A DNA stretch of 63,756 bases, filler included, from Folioceros fuciformis (GCA_049999805.1; 20 parts of 20 records of this genome joined end to end with filler, not necessarily neighbours in it); one strand, 5' to 3'. Positions 51,275-63,756 are shown, counted from the first letter of the whole stretch. Translations and numbers: made by a program. Notes: generated by a model not told the origin, from the letters alone.

Positions 51275-52330
51275 CATTGATTCCATCTTCACTTGTGGAT
51301 TTTCCAGAGCTATTGTCTACTAGAGTAACTTCTCTAGAAATGCTTGTAATAATAACTTCTTTTGTTTCAATATGCTCATTTTCATCCAACACATTGATTC
51401 CATCTTCACTCGTAAATTGTCCAAAGATGATATTATCTACAAGAGTAACTTCTTGTGCTTCAATGTGCTCATTTTCATCAAACACATTGATTCTATCTTC
51501 ACTCGTAAATTGTTCAAAGATGATATTATCTGCAAAAATAACTTCTTGTGCTTCAATGTGCTCATTTTTATCCAACACATTGATTCCATCTTCACTTGTA
51601 AATTGTCCAAAGATGATATGATTTACAAGAATAACTTCTTGTACTTCAATGTGCTCATATTCATCCAACACATTGATTCCATCTTCCCTTGTAGATTTTT
51701 CAGAGGTATTATCTGCAAGAATAACTTCTTCCGTTTCAATGTGCTTATTTTCATCCAATCCATTGATTCCATCTTCACTCGTGAATTGTCCAAAGATGAT
51801 ATTATCTGCAATAATAACTTCATGTGCTTCAATATGCTCATTTTTATCCAACACATTCATTCCATCTTCACTCGTAAATTGTCCAAAGATAATATTATCT
51901 GTAAGAATAACTTCTTGTGCTTCAATGTGTTCATTTTTATCTAACACATTGATTCCATCTTCACTCATAAATNNNNNNNNNNNNNNNNNNNNNNNNNNNN
52001 NNNNNNNNNNNNNNNNNNNNNNNNNNNNNNNNNNNNNNNNNNNNNNNNNNNNNNNNNNNNNNNNNNNNNNNNTCACTCATAAATTGTCCAAAGATGATAT
52101 GATCTGCAAGAATAACTTCTTGTGCTTTAATGTGCTCATTTTCATCCAACACATTGATTCCATCTTCGCTTGTAGATTTTTCTGAAGTATTATCTGTAAG
52201 AATAACTTCTTCCGTTTCAATGTGCTTTTCATCCAATCCATTGATTCCATCTTCACCTGCATATTTTTCAGAGATAATATTAGCCTTTGAAAATAACCTA
52301 CTTTGTTTCAATGTGCTCATTTGTACTCAA
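51275..52330 (-). repeat. Coding-frame tandem repeat, 90/93-bp units, encoding acidic 30-31-aa repeats (TSEDGINVLDENEHIEAQEVILADNIIFGQF)
   Basis: Unit anchors at 51392, 51485, 51578, 51671, 51761, 51854, 51947; frame stays open. Confidence 0.85.
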
Positions 52331-54366
52331 CACGTTAATCTTATCATCATATGAGGCTCTCACTAGTTTACTCGCTTATCTATGAGCTATTTAACCCCCA
52401 TGTACTTACTTTGAACCAACTTGGCAATATCATCTTGGATTGGTGATTCTAGTGAGGTAGAAGAAACTTGACAATCATTAATAAGTTCTTCAAATTTTGT
52501 ATTTTTATTTTCCGCTAAGATATGAATGACTCTGTCTTCGTTACTTGGTGCTTTGCAAGTAGAAATAAAAGCATGAAATTCAACTTCATCTATACCCCTG
52601 CATTCAATTATGTCATCATATTTTAAGTTTTTGAGATAGAAGAAAGAAGAAGTTCGACAAATATCTCAGGCTTGTCTTGAGGAGAATTACTTTCAATTTC
52701 TCAATAGCATGAATATTAATCCAAGGAGAAAGTTAAACTTACAAGTTAGATGCATTAGAATTGGTTAAAACTTCCTTCTTAATACTATCATTCGAGGGTA
52801 ACTTCTTTGTCTTATTACGATGACGCTGCTGTTTCTTTGGTATGGTAATTGATTTCGTCATTGTCTACACNNNNNNNNNNNNNNNNNNNNNNNNNNNNNN
52901 NNNNNNNNNNNNNNNNNNNNNNNNNNNNNNNNNNNNNNNNNNNNNNNNNNNNNNNNNNNNNNNNNNNNNNAACCTAAGGTTGTTCAAAGTCCGTAGATAA
53001 AATAACTTGAGGTATGAATCGAATATTAAGTTAATACGAATTGCAATGTAATTCTTCAATGCAAAATAATGTGATCACCTAGATACATATATAGACCAAA
53101 TGCATAAAATTAATCTCGATTCAAATTAAAATTGAACTCTTATTAATAGTATAGCAATAGCGAGAAATTTTAAACAGCGTGTGGAGTTTAAGACTTACTT
53201 TCAATAGTTAAGGGGTTCCTTTTTATACCTTGCAGTGTGAACAATAATGGAAAGTTTCTCTCATAGTAGAAGGTATTTTTTTAAAAGTGTCCATCAAGCT
53301 ACTAGACCTTTTATTTTTTTACTTAAAAATTATTATATGTTTATGATCACCCATGATTTAAAACTTGAAGAAAACTACTAAAACCTAATATGACCTAATT
53401 AGTATGCCATACGCAGTTAATCATCTAACGTAATAACCNNNNNNNNNNNNNNNNNNNNNNNNNNNNNNNNNNNNNNNNNNNNTTAATTAATTAANNNNNN
53501 NNNNNNNNNNNNNNNNNNNNNNNNNNNNNNNNNNNNNNTTTAAGGAATGTTAGAAATGGGTAACAAATAAAATAATAAATTAATTTTCTTAATTTTGAAA
53601 TTTTAAGATTATATAATTCCTTAAAAAAATAAAATGAACTTATCATCAAAATATCCACGATATCATGAATTTAGTATCAACATAAGATACATAGGTGTCC
53701 AATAGATATGAGACGTGGTTGGGTTAGTTTAGTTTCATTTGTACCCTAAACCCTTCATTTCCTCACTCTTTATTACTTAGCAAAAGGATTTCATAGATAA
53801 AAGACACAAGATGGGAAATCCATTAACCCCTAAACAAGTGAGACAAACCACCAAAGGTGACTGACTCACTAGAGGTTAGCACCTAACATATCATGGTCCA
53901 AAAGGAGGAAACATCTACTTACCGCTAGAGTTATTGAGTTGTTGATGGCAGCTCGCCTGCCATTGTTGTTTTTATACATAGAACATTAGCTGACGCTGGC
54001 TCTCCAACCATTGTGATTGTCTTACATATAGCATATAGCAGAAGCTTGACGTTGTGTCTTGTATCGAGATTAGCCAACGCTCGTTGCAGTGCAATGGAAA
54101 ACCCTTTGTCGAAAAACCCACTAGAAGACATAAAACAAGAAGACCAAGACCTTTTTTTATGTTGTAAACCACCTTACTAAACTACAAATTTAAAGTACCA
54201 TCTATTTGAATAAATAAATTTCATGATTTAAATATAAAAATAAAATATTTTATCTATGAATTGAGGNNNNNNNNNNNNNNNNNNNNNNNNNNNNNNNNNN
54301 NNNNNNNNNNNNNNNNNNNNNNNNNNNNNNNNNNNNNNNNNNNNNNNNNNNNNNNNNNNNNNNNNN

Positions 54367-54651
54367 AACACATATGTCTTCGGTTGATAAACCTATGTAA
54401 TTTTGAAATCTAGTTCGATGTATTGCAGGGTTGAATCGGGCTTGCTCCCATTGTCCCCATCGTTCAAACCCTTCTGCACTTAGTGATGCCATTGCAACCT
54501 CAACATCTTTGTAAAACATGTCTGTTGTTTCGTATGGAAAACCATATGCACAATTCCAAATTGTTGGCACACTATTAGGTTTGCTCATTGCTTGAATGCA
54601 ACATAACATAATAATAACCACACATTTCATCCAAGTGGTTTGAACAAACAT
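54367..54651 (-). CDS. Secreted protein, N-terminal half of a probable DUF26/Gnk2-like domain
   Basis: Signal peptide; PN....WNC...Y...D.F..DV..AM.SL resembles the Gnk2 N-terminus. Confidence 0.5.
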
Positions 54652-55139
54652 TAGGATCTATTTGTTGAAGAATTGCAATCAAATATGAGTTATTCAACTC
54701 GTAAAATTGATAAAATTATTTAGTATTGATTTGGTTTTTTTTTTCTTCTGATTTTATTATTGTGTGCAAGATATCTCCATATTTTATAATGAAGCGCCAT
54801 TCCAATTGTGCTTGCACACATGTATAAGTATATATTATTTTCAAATGAATGATTATAATAATGAATAATTAAAATCTTCAAATATTATTTAAGTTTTAAA
54901 TATTATGTGCAAAAACTTATAAGACACTAGTGTCTTGAAACTTATTATTATTATTAGTATTTTTTTGTCATTGCGTAGATTATAATAAATTAGTTTTTTG
55001 AAGTTAAATGACAGGAAATAAGAAAAGGCACTTTGTAGAAAACGAGGGAATAGAATACCTTTAAGGAATGTTAAACATATAAGAATTAATATCTAATTTA
55101 TTTATTTACTTTAAAATACAAAATAATTCAATCCATCTC

Positions 55140-55330
55140 TAGCGTGGCTAGTGTCCATCTTTACACNNNNNNNNNNNNNNNNNNNNNNNNNNNNNNNNNN
55201 NNNNNNNNNNNNNNNNNNNNNNNNNNNNNNNNNNNNNNNNNNNNNNNNNNNNNNNNNNNNNNNNNNACACAAGGGTGTCCCTATATTTATTTGGATGAGA
55301 GAATAAAACCTTCTTGTTGTGGTTGCGGCC
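55140..55330 (-). pseudogene. Possible A1 aspartic-protease N-terminal fragment
   Basis: FYSLIQINIGTP [gap] VKMDTS resembles Y..I.IGTP...V.MDTGS. Confidence 0.35.
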
Positions 55331-56942
55331 ATCACAAAGATGGCCTCATCAGCTGTACGCCCCAATTTGGAATGCCATAATTGAAATACGATATCCTTAG
55401 ATCGCCATTTTTGTGATGCAAGTTTCTTCTTTTCTATAAGAAACTTTCTAGCATGGAAAAACATGCGTCTGTTCTGAGATTGAGTGACAAAGAACTGACA
55501 AGGAGGGAAGCCTTATGGNNNNNNNNNNNNNNNNNNNNNNNNNNNNNNNNNNNNNNNNNNNNTTAATTAATTAANNNNNNNNNNNNNNNNNNNNNNNNNN
55601 NNNNNNNNNNNNNNNNNNGAAACGGGCCTATCCTGTTTTTGGCTTTTATTTATAGGCCGTTGTTATGGCCCCCGTCTATTTTATTTTTGATTTTCTTTAT
55701 GCCTATATTAAGTCTTTATTTATGACTTGATTATATGTTAGATGCGTAAGTTTTTTAAAACTTTATTCTTAAGCAGATAACTTTAGTTTTAGTGGGAGCC
55801 TATTTAACAATTAGGCCTCATTTTAAAAAGCTAGACTTCACCCCTATATTCATAGTGAATGGCAGTGATGAAATAGGTCTAGATTAGGGCACTATTCATT
55901 AGGGCCTCATAACTTAAACATTATTANNNNNNNNNNNNNNNNNNNNNNNNNNNNNNNNNNNNNNNNNNNNNNNNNNNNNNNNNNNNNNNNNNNNNNNNNN
56001 NNNNNNNNNNNNNNNNNNNNNNNNNNGACTTGATCGCAGCTGGATCGCGACAGGATCACTGGCTGAAGCAGGCAGAAATTTCTTGCTGGAGTGATGGATT
56101 TTCTGGCAGATCGGATGCGCGGCTGGCTGGCTGGATGGCGCGAGGCTAGATGGCGCGCATCTGGCTGGATGGCGGCCTGGCCGATCAGAAGATCGAGGCG
56201 CGGCAGATCTTGGCGCGCTGAATTATGGCACCCGAGTTGCGCGGAGCGCGATGCGGGGGGAGAAGACGGTTTTTGTCTCCCCCGTTTCGTAAACTGCAGG
56301 AAGGCGCGGCCGACTAACGGCCGCAACCGGCCCCTACCCGCGTTCACAACGGGCGCGAGAGGGGCTGTTCGGGCCATTTATAGGCCCGAAACGGGCCTAT
56401 CCTGTTTTTGGCTTTTATTTATAGGCCGTTGTTANNNNNNNNNNNNNNNNNNNNNNNNNNNNNNNNNNNNNNNNNNNNNNNNNNNNNNNNNNNNNNNNNN
56501 NNNNNNNNNNNNNNNNNNNNNNNNNNNNNNNNNNGAAACGGGCCTATCCTGTTTTTGGCTTTTATTTATAGGCCGTTGTTATGGCCCCCGTCTATTTTAT
56601 TTTTGATTTTCTTTATGCCTATATTAAGTCTTTATTTATGACTTGATTATATGTTAGATGCGTAAGTTTTTTAAAACTTTATTCTTAAGCAGATAACTTT
56701 AGTTTTAGTGGGAGCCTATTTAACAATTAGGCCTCATTTTAAAAAGCTAGACTTCACCCCTATATTCATAGTGAATGGCAGTGATGAAATAGGTCTAGAT
56801 TAGGGCACTATTCATTAGGGCCTCATAACTTAAACATTATTANNNNNNNNNNNNNNNNNNNNNNNNNNNNNNNNNNNNNNNNNNNNTTAATTAATTAANN
56901 NNNNNNNNNNNNNNNNNNNNNNNNNNNNNNNNNNNNNNNNNN

Positions 56943-58180
56943 TGACACCACAGACGCTCAGGGAATCCTGGAGACCCTTTGTGATGCTGTGGAACTGCAT
57001 GGAACCCTGGCTCTACTTTGGCACCACAGAAGATCGGGGAACCCCAGCAGACCCTTTGTGATGCTAGGGAAGCTGATGGATCCCTGGCTCCCTTGTGACA
57101 CCACAGAAAATCTGGGAACCCAGGAGACCCTTTGTGATGCTGAGTTACTGCATGGAACCCTGGCTGCACTGTGACACCCCAGAAGATCGGGGAACCCTTG
57201 AGTTTCATTGTGATTTCGTGGAACTGCATGGAACCCTTGCTCGACAGTGACACCACAGGACTCCAGGGAACCCTGGAGACCTATTGTGATGCTGTGGAAC
57301 TGCACGGAACCCTGGCTTAACTGTGACACCACAGGAGCTCAGGGAACCCTGGAGACCCATTGTGATGCTGTGGAACTGCATGGAACCCTTGCTCCACTGT
57401 GTCCCACAGAAAATCTGGCAACCCCAGCAGACCCTGTGTGACACTCGGGAACCTGATGGATTCCTGNNNNNNNNNNCCAGAAAATCTGGGAACTAAGGAG
57501 ACCCTTTGTGATGCTGTGGAACTGCATGGAACCCTGGCTCCACTGTGACACCACAGNNNNNNNNNNNNNNNNNNNNNNNNNNNNNNNNNNNNNNNNNNNN
57601 NNNNNNNNNNNNNNNNNNNNNNNNNNNNNNNNNNNNNNNNNNNNNNNNNNNNNNNNTGACACCACAGACGCTCAGGGAATCCTGGAGACCCTTTGTGATG
57701 CTGTGGAACTGCATGGAACCCTGGCTCTACTTTGGCACCACAGAAGATCGGGGAACCCCAGCAGACCCTTTGTGATGCTAGGGAAGCTGATGGATCCCTG
57801 GCTCCCTTGTGACACCACAGAAAATCTGGGAACCCAGGAGACCCTTTGTGATGCTGAGTTACTGCATGGAACCCTGGCTGCACTGTGACACCCCAGAAGA
57901 TCGGGGAACCCTTGAGTTTCATTGTGATTTCGTGGAACTGCATGGAACCCTTGCTCGACAGTGACACCACAGGACTCCAGGGAACCCTGGAGACCTATTG
58001 TGATGCTGTGGAACTGCACGGAACCCTGGCTTAACTGTGACACCACAGGAGCTCAGGGAACCCTGGAGACCCATTGTGATGCTGTGGAACTGCATGGAAC
58101 CCTTGCTCCACTGTGTCCCACAGAAAATCTGGCAACCCCAGCAGACCCTGTGTGACACTCGGGAACCTGATGGATTCCTG
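56943..58180. repeat. Satellite with 76-bp unit built from two about 38-bp TGTGA...GGAACCC subunits
   Basis: gtgacaccacagg at 57247 and 57323; whole scaffold is made of it. Confidence 0.9.
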
Positions 58181-58280
58181 NNNNNNNNNNNNNNNNNNNN
58201 NNNNNNNNNNNNNNNNNNNNNNNNTTAATTAATTAANNNNNNNNNNNNNNNNNNNNNNNNNNNNNNNNNNNNNNNNNNNN

Positions 58281-59783
58281 GTGGATCTTCCTCCAGGAAG
58301 GACTACTGTCAAATGTAAGTGGGTGCTGAAAACCAAGTTTCAAGAGGTAGAGCCCCGCATAAGACACAAAGCAAGGTTGGTGGCTAAGAGTTATAGTCAG
58401 CGAGAGGGAGTCGACTATCAGGGTGACCAGGTTTATTCACTTGTAGTCAAAGCCGCGTCTATAAGGATGCTACTGGCCCTGTGTGCTGAACTTAACCTTA
58501 CCATCTACCAATTAGATGTTTGCACAACCTTTCTGTATGGTCATTTAGAAGAAGAAATCTATATGGATCAGCTTGAGGATTACGAAGATAAGAAATATCC
58601 TCATAAGGTGTGTAAACTTCTACGTTCTATATACGGGCTTAAACAAAGCCCACGTCTTTGGTACAAGCGGATTGATACATATCTCAAGAAGATTGGCTTT
58701 GTGCAAAGTGAAGCTGACACTAATCTTTATGTACTGCGAAAAGATAGTTCGCTTGTGTTAATAGCTTTGTATGTGGATGACTTAGTCATTCCTGGTAATA
58801 ATGTAGAGTTGGTTAACCAGATCAAGACTGATCTCAGTAAAGAATTTGAGATGAAAGATCTTGGTCAAGTTAAGTATATATTAGGAATGCACGTACATAA
58901 AGATAGATCCACAGGAGCAATCTATCTTTATCAAGGGAGATATGTAGTAGGCATGCTGAAGAAGTTTAATTTGGAGAATGCTCGTGCAGCTGCGACTCCA
59001 GGTGCTATTGGTATTAAGCTGTCCTCGTCGTCATGTCCTCAGTCTGAAGAGGATAAAAAGGAAATGGAAAGTGTGCCTTACAGAATGGCAGTGAGCACTC
59101 TCATGTTCCTTAGCAACTGGACGAGACCAGACATATCTAACACTGTGAATGCAGTTGCGCAATTCTCTGAGAATCCAGGTAGAGACCACTGGGTTGCAGT
59201 TAAAAGGATAATGCGATACCTTAAGGGCACTCCTAACTTTGGTCTCTGCTACAAACCTAGCGGGAAGAAGCATTTGCAGCTCAGCTGTTATGTAGATGCA
59301 GATTGGGCTTCTGATGTTGATACCCGCAAAAGCCTTTCTGCTTATTGTTTTCTGGCTGGTTCCACAGTAATTAACTGGTCTTGCAGGAAACAAGCCTCCA
59401 TCTCTCTGTCTTCTACAGAATCAGAGTATAAGGCATTGACAGAAGCCACAAAGGAAGCTGAGTGGGAAAGGAAACTATGTGAGGATCTGGGAATGCTCCA
59501 AAAGGGCCCTACCATCCTCAATTGTGATAATATGTCAGCCATTGCTATGGTGGCTAATCCTGTTTTCCATGCTCGCACTAAGCACAACGAGATCCAACAT
59601 CATTATGTGAGGGATGCTACTGAGCGAGGTTTAGTGAAGATTCAGTATGTGTCTACAGACCTTAATGTAGCTGATGTTCTGACAAAGTCACTTCCTAAGT
59701 TTCGACACTGTTTTCATAGGGAAGGACGTGGTCTTGTAGATTGTAGTGGTTATGTAACTCAAGAGAATTTGAAGACGTGGTAA
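58281..59783 (+). CDS. Copia pol C-terminus (RT and RNase H), uninterrupted
   Basis: KCKWV, KARLVA, QLDV..FLYG, YGLKQ, LYVDDL, DADWA, ADVLTK. Confidence 0.93.
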   Translation: MDLPPGRTTVKCKWVLKTKFQEVEPRIRHKARLVAKSYSQREGVDYQGDQVYSLVVKAASIRMLLALCAELNLTIYQLDVCTTFLYGHLEEEIYMDQLEDYEDKKYPHKVCKLLRSIYGLKQSPRLWYKRIDTYLKKIGFVQSEADTNLYVLRKDSSLVLIALYVDDLVIPGNNVELVNQIKTDLSKEFEMKDLGQVKYILGMHVHKDRSTGAIYLYQGRYVVGMLKKFNLENARAAATPGAIGIKLSSSSCPQSEEDKKEMESVPYRMAVSTLMFLSNWTRPDISNTVNAVAQFSENPGRDHWVAVKRIMRYLKGTPNFGLCYKPSGKKHLQLSCYVDADWASDVDTRKSLSAYCFLAGSTVINWSCRKQASISLSSTESEYKALTEATKEAEWERKLCEDLGMLQKGPTILNCDNMSAIAMVANPVFHARTKHNEIQHHYVRDATERGLVKIQYVSTDLNVADVLTKSLPKFRHCFHREGRGLVDCSGYVTQENLKTW

Positions 59784-60007
59784 TGATATTCCTTCTTGCT
59801 CCATCTAGTGCAAGGGCAGCCGTACTTGGAGTATTACTTCTGCTCTGGTCATGACCGGTGCGCTACTATACAGGTTGTCGCCATCGACAGACTTCTTGAC
59901 AGTGTCAGCGACTGGAAGATCTGACAGCTGAGCTAAAGTAGATAGCTCTAGAGTACAAACTTGCTAAGCACTGATCTCTAGTAGAGCTCTCATAACCTCT
60001 ACGTGAC

Positions 60008-60220
60008 TGAGAGGGAGAGTTAGAAGGAGTACCAGTCCACTAGAGTTATTTAACCATAGGTTATGTTAGCTTATCTACCTGAGAGTTAGGTTAGTTAGCT
60101 AGGCTAGCGAAAGGTCACACCCTTTGGGGTGAAACCTATAAAAGGACAACTGTTTGTATTTTTGATTATTCTGAATTTATCTTTTGTATTGAAGACACGC
60201 TTCCGCATGTAGTCTTCCAA
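60008..60220 (+). mobile_element. PPT and 3' LTR of that Copia, inserted in a Gypsy RNase H
   Basis: GAGAGGGAG purine tract, TATAAAA, then abrupt switch to Gypsy frame. Confidence 0.65.
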
Positions 60221-62024
60221 TTCTCCTTGCAACATTTCTTCTCACAACCCAACCTCAACTCCAAACAGTGCAGGTGGGCCGAATACCTGGCGGATTTTGA
60301 CCTTGGGATCAAGTATGTCACTGGGACTTCTAACGTGGTCGCAGATGCCTTGAGCAAGAGAGCCTGCACACTCATGACCACACAGTCCCAAACGGTGCAG
60401 TTAGTCCGGGATGGATTGCCTCAAGACCTAGAGTTGTGGCAGCTGTATCAAAATCTCTTAGCAGATGNNNNNNNNNNNNNNNNNNNNNNNNNNNNNNNNN
60501 NNNNNNNNNNNNNNNNNNNNNNNNNNNNNNNNNNNNNNNNNNNNNNNNNNNNNNNNNNNNNNNNNNNCCTCCTAGCTCACTGCTGTCAAACAGGCCATCC
60601 TCCATTATCTGCATGATTCCCCAATCTCGGGGCACTTGGGTATTGACAAAACCTATGCCAAGGTTCGGGAACATTTCCACTGGGAAGGCATGCGCTCCGA
60701 TTGCATAGAGTAGGTGCGCTCCTGTCAATCCTACCAACAAGCCAAACCTAGCCATCAGAAATACCCAGGTCTACTCCAACCCCTTCAATTCCCCAGTGGC
60801 CGTTTCCTGTCAATAGCCATGGACTTCATTACACACCTACCTCGTACACGCTCTGGTAAGGACAGCATCTGGGTGGTGACAGATAGGTTTTCCAAGGTCA
60901 GCCACTTCATTCCAGTCACCTTGACCATCACTGCCCCCAAACTGGCCACCCTTTTTGTCCGTGAAATCTTCCGATTACACGAAACACCAGAGGACATTGT
61001 GTCAGACAAGGACGCAAAATTCACCTTCGAGTTTTGGCGGAACTTCATGGACACATTAGGCATCAAACAGAACATGTCTTCAGCCTATCATCCAGAGACG
61101 GACGGCCAGACAGAGAAGCAGAATCAGGTGTTAGAAAACATGCTTCGTCATTTCACACACGAGAAGCAGACGAAGTGGGAGGAACTCCTTCCCTTATTGG
61201 AGTATGCGTACAATTCCTTGAAGCATGCAGCCATAGGGGTTACTCCCTTCAAACTCCTGTATGGTGAGACACCCCCACCTTCAGGCTTATGGCCCGACAG
61301 TCAAGACAAGTGACGAAGCGCTGTTGAAATCGCCGAGGACATCTGGCACGAGGCCAAGATGGCTCGACAAAACTCCAAGCAGCACAAGACCGGACTTGCA
61401 TCACAGCAAACCGTCACCGACACGACGTCAACTACTCCGTTGGCCAGTTTGTTTGGCTCCGAGTCAAGCCCCACAGGTATCCTGACATGATTCAGCAACA
61501 CAGCAAACTCACCTACCGCTTTGCAGGTCCTTTACGGGTGTTGAAATGCATCAACAAGGTCACGTACCAGCTTGAACTGCCTGCCGACTGGCACCTCTGC
61601 TGAACATGTGTCCCTATTGAAACTAGTGATCCACCGCTGTGCTGAACTTCCCTCATTGCCGACACCAGCTGAGTCTGTGCTACTAACCAGCCAACCCTCA
61701 GTCACCCATTCTAGGACACAGACTCCCATTCCCTCTCCGGAGGNNNNNNNNNNNNNNNNNNNNNNNNNNNNNNNNNNNNNNNNNNNNNNNNNNNNNNNNN
61801 NNNNNNNNNNNNNNNNNNNNNNNNNNNNNNNNNNNNNNNNNNNGGAACTCCTTCCCTTATTGGAGTATGCGTACAATTCCTTGAAGCACGTAGCCACAGG
61901 GGTTACTCCCTTCAAACTCCTGTATGGTGAGACACCCCCACCTTCAGGCTTATGGCCCAACAGTCAAGACAAGTGGTGAAGTGCTGTTGAAATCGCCGAG
62001 GACATCTGGCACGAGGCCAAGATG
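60221..62024 (+). mobile_element. Ty3/Gypsy pol fragment: RNase H end, integrase zinc finger and core, GPY/F
   Basis: QCRWAEYL..FD..IKY..G..NVVADALS; HDS..SGHLG..KT; MDFITHLP; DRFSK; SSAYHPETDGQTE; RFAGP. Confidence 0.9.
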
Positions 62025-62125
62025 NNNNNNNNNNNNNNNNNNNNNNNNNNNNNNNNNNNNNNNNNNNNTTAATTAATTAANNNNNNNNNNNNNNNNNNNN
62101 NNNNNNNNNNNNNNNNNNNNNNNNC

Positions 62126-63756
62126 TTCACAGACAGTGTAAAAGAAAAAGACAGGTTTAACGGGACTAAATATGAGGTTTGGAGGGTGAGAATGAAAACC
62201 ACCTTGCTAGCCAGAGGTGTCTGGGGAATTGTGGATGGCTCCATCCCTGAACCTGATTCCTCTAAGCCGCAGGATGAGAAGGACAAATGGGCCCATGCCA
62301 ACAGTATTTCCATGGCACTTCTGATAGGTGGTCTTGCAGAGGATATGATCCCTGCAGTAGAATATCTCACCAAAGCCAGTGAGATTTGGAATCAGCTTTC
62401 TAATCAGTATGAAGTACGCAATGTACTTACCTTGTGTGCACTTCGTCAAGAATTCTATGGGCTCAGGATGAGGGAGGGAGACAAAGTGCTTGCTTACACC
62501 AGCAAGCTCAGACATCTCCGAGCCCAACTTGCGGCTATAGGCACTGTGATGGATGAAGTAGACGTCATTGCACAGTTGCTCACCAGTTTACCTCCTAGCT
62601 ATCAGAATTTCGTGTCTGCACACAATGTGCCCATCCGTCAGGCACATGCTGCTGGTGCTGCCGGTAAAACCTCCACCCTTACCTTAGATGAGGTAATAGG
62701 GGCCCTGTTCCAGGAAGAGCAGAGCAGGCTCATGTCAGGGTCTGGTTCTAAGACCAAAGCTGACAGAGTGCTAACTGCTATCCGTGGAAGACAGGGGCAG
62801 AGGGGCAAACCTAAGACAACACCATACCGTCCAAATTCACGACAGGATGCAGGATCCTCTAATTCCAATTCAAACAAGAAAACAGGTACTTGTAATTGGT
62901 GTGGTATTCCTGGTCACTGGGCTCGTGATTGCAGAAAAAAGAAGGCTGGGGAGCCTCAAAAACAGTCTCCCAAATCTGCAGCCACTGTCACTGTTAAAGA
63001 CAAAACTGGTGATTCAAGTAAGCCAGTTGTAAAAATTCTGACAATCTGTCTATCTACATCTATTGGAGACAAGACAGCTTGGTACCTAGATTCGGGTGCC
63101 ACTTCACACATCTGTAGAGATGCATCTCTGTTCAGTTCCCTTGAACACACAACCTCTGTAGATAGGGTATATTTAGGTGACGAACAGAAGGATACAAGCT
63201 TGGAGATCCGCGGACGGGGATCTTGCACTTTTTTATTAAGTGACGGAACAACTCTTACCTTAACAGATGTATTGTTTGTACCTTATATGGCAAAGAATCT
63301 TCTTTCCCTGAGCAGGCTTTTACAACTCAAGACTTTTGAGCTCACTGCTGGGGATGACTGCTGTTGTTTCTCCAAGAAGACTTCTCCAGAAACTTGTGCC
63401 TTCAAGGCTATTCCAGAGAATGATTTGTATCGTCTGGATATGGTTTTTGTTCCTGGTCACAAGAACACAGCTTATTCAACAAGTGCTGGCAACCTAAACA
63501 CCAAGCAGCAATCTATTCTGTGGCATGCCCGTTTAGGGCACATCAACAGGAATACCATGACTTCTATGTCAAAGGCTAGCTTGTATAGGGAGCCCTTACC
63601 ATCTTGTTTGAAGGAGCTGCCACTCTGTGAGACTTGTGCCCTTGCCAAGCAAAAGGAACAACCGTTTCCTTCTATCCCTGCTCACAGAACAACTCAGCTC
63701 CTTGAGCTTGTTCACTGTGACATTTCTGGCCGTCTTCAGGTTCCATCACTTGGAGG
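62126..63756 (+). CDS. Copia gag-pol (gag, zinc knuckle, protease, integrase N-terminus), open to the window end
   Basis: KDRFNGTKYEVW, CNWCGIPGHWARDC, WYLDSGATSH, LWHARLGH, CETCALAK, LELVHCDI; no stop seen. Confidence 0.9.

Noticed and set aside
34704-58180. Perfect terminal direct repeats in many small scaffolds (e.g. 41128-41561=42009-42442, 42543-42952=43438-43847, 46728-47096=47563-47931) as LTRs, circles or gene duplicates
   Set aside because: Copies match contig boundaries exactly and look identical regardless of content; A-B-A scaffolding artefact
56891-58228. Repetitive ORFs in the satellite
   Set aside because: The 76-bp unit is not a multiple of three; spurious translation
16243-62080. 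Recurrent TTAATTAATTAA as a biological motif
   Set aside because: Always centred in a 100-bp N spacer; an assembly linker

Overview
Eukaryotic plant nuclear DNA from a concatenated bin of unplaced scaffolds. There are 20 scaffolds joined by 19 artificial N44-TTAATTAATTAA-N44 linkers, so adjacency across linkers means nothing. Compact short-intron genes suggest a small-intron, probably non-seed, land plant (inference). Host genes: a complete IDM1-like TDBD/PHD/GNAT gene (6737-13098), partial Derlin-2, and partial ASHR2-type SET methyltransferase with a GC-AG intron. Fragments include an euAP2 exon, two divergent DUF26/Gnk2 proteins, and a secreted protein resembling the Cry34/aegerolysin/actinoporin class. 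Most of the rest is transposon DNA: a decayed intron-containing Sola/DUF7869-like transposase, pogo and Helitron relics, and a nested Copia/Gypsy cluster (17.7-33.2 kb). The most notable signal is that related Copia elements carry accessory genes. Two have unrelated antisense genes between pol and the 3' LTR, one clearly intron-containing and one with its own TATA box, and a third has a decayed extra ORF upstream of gag. Several small scaffolds show A-B-A contig duplication (artefact), and some may be contaminants. All family assignments come from motif recognition by eye; no searches were run.
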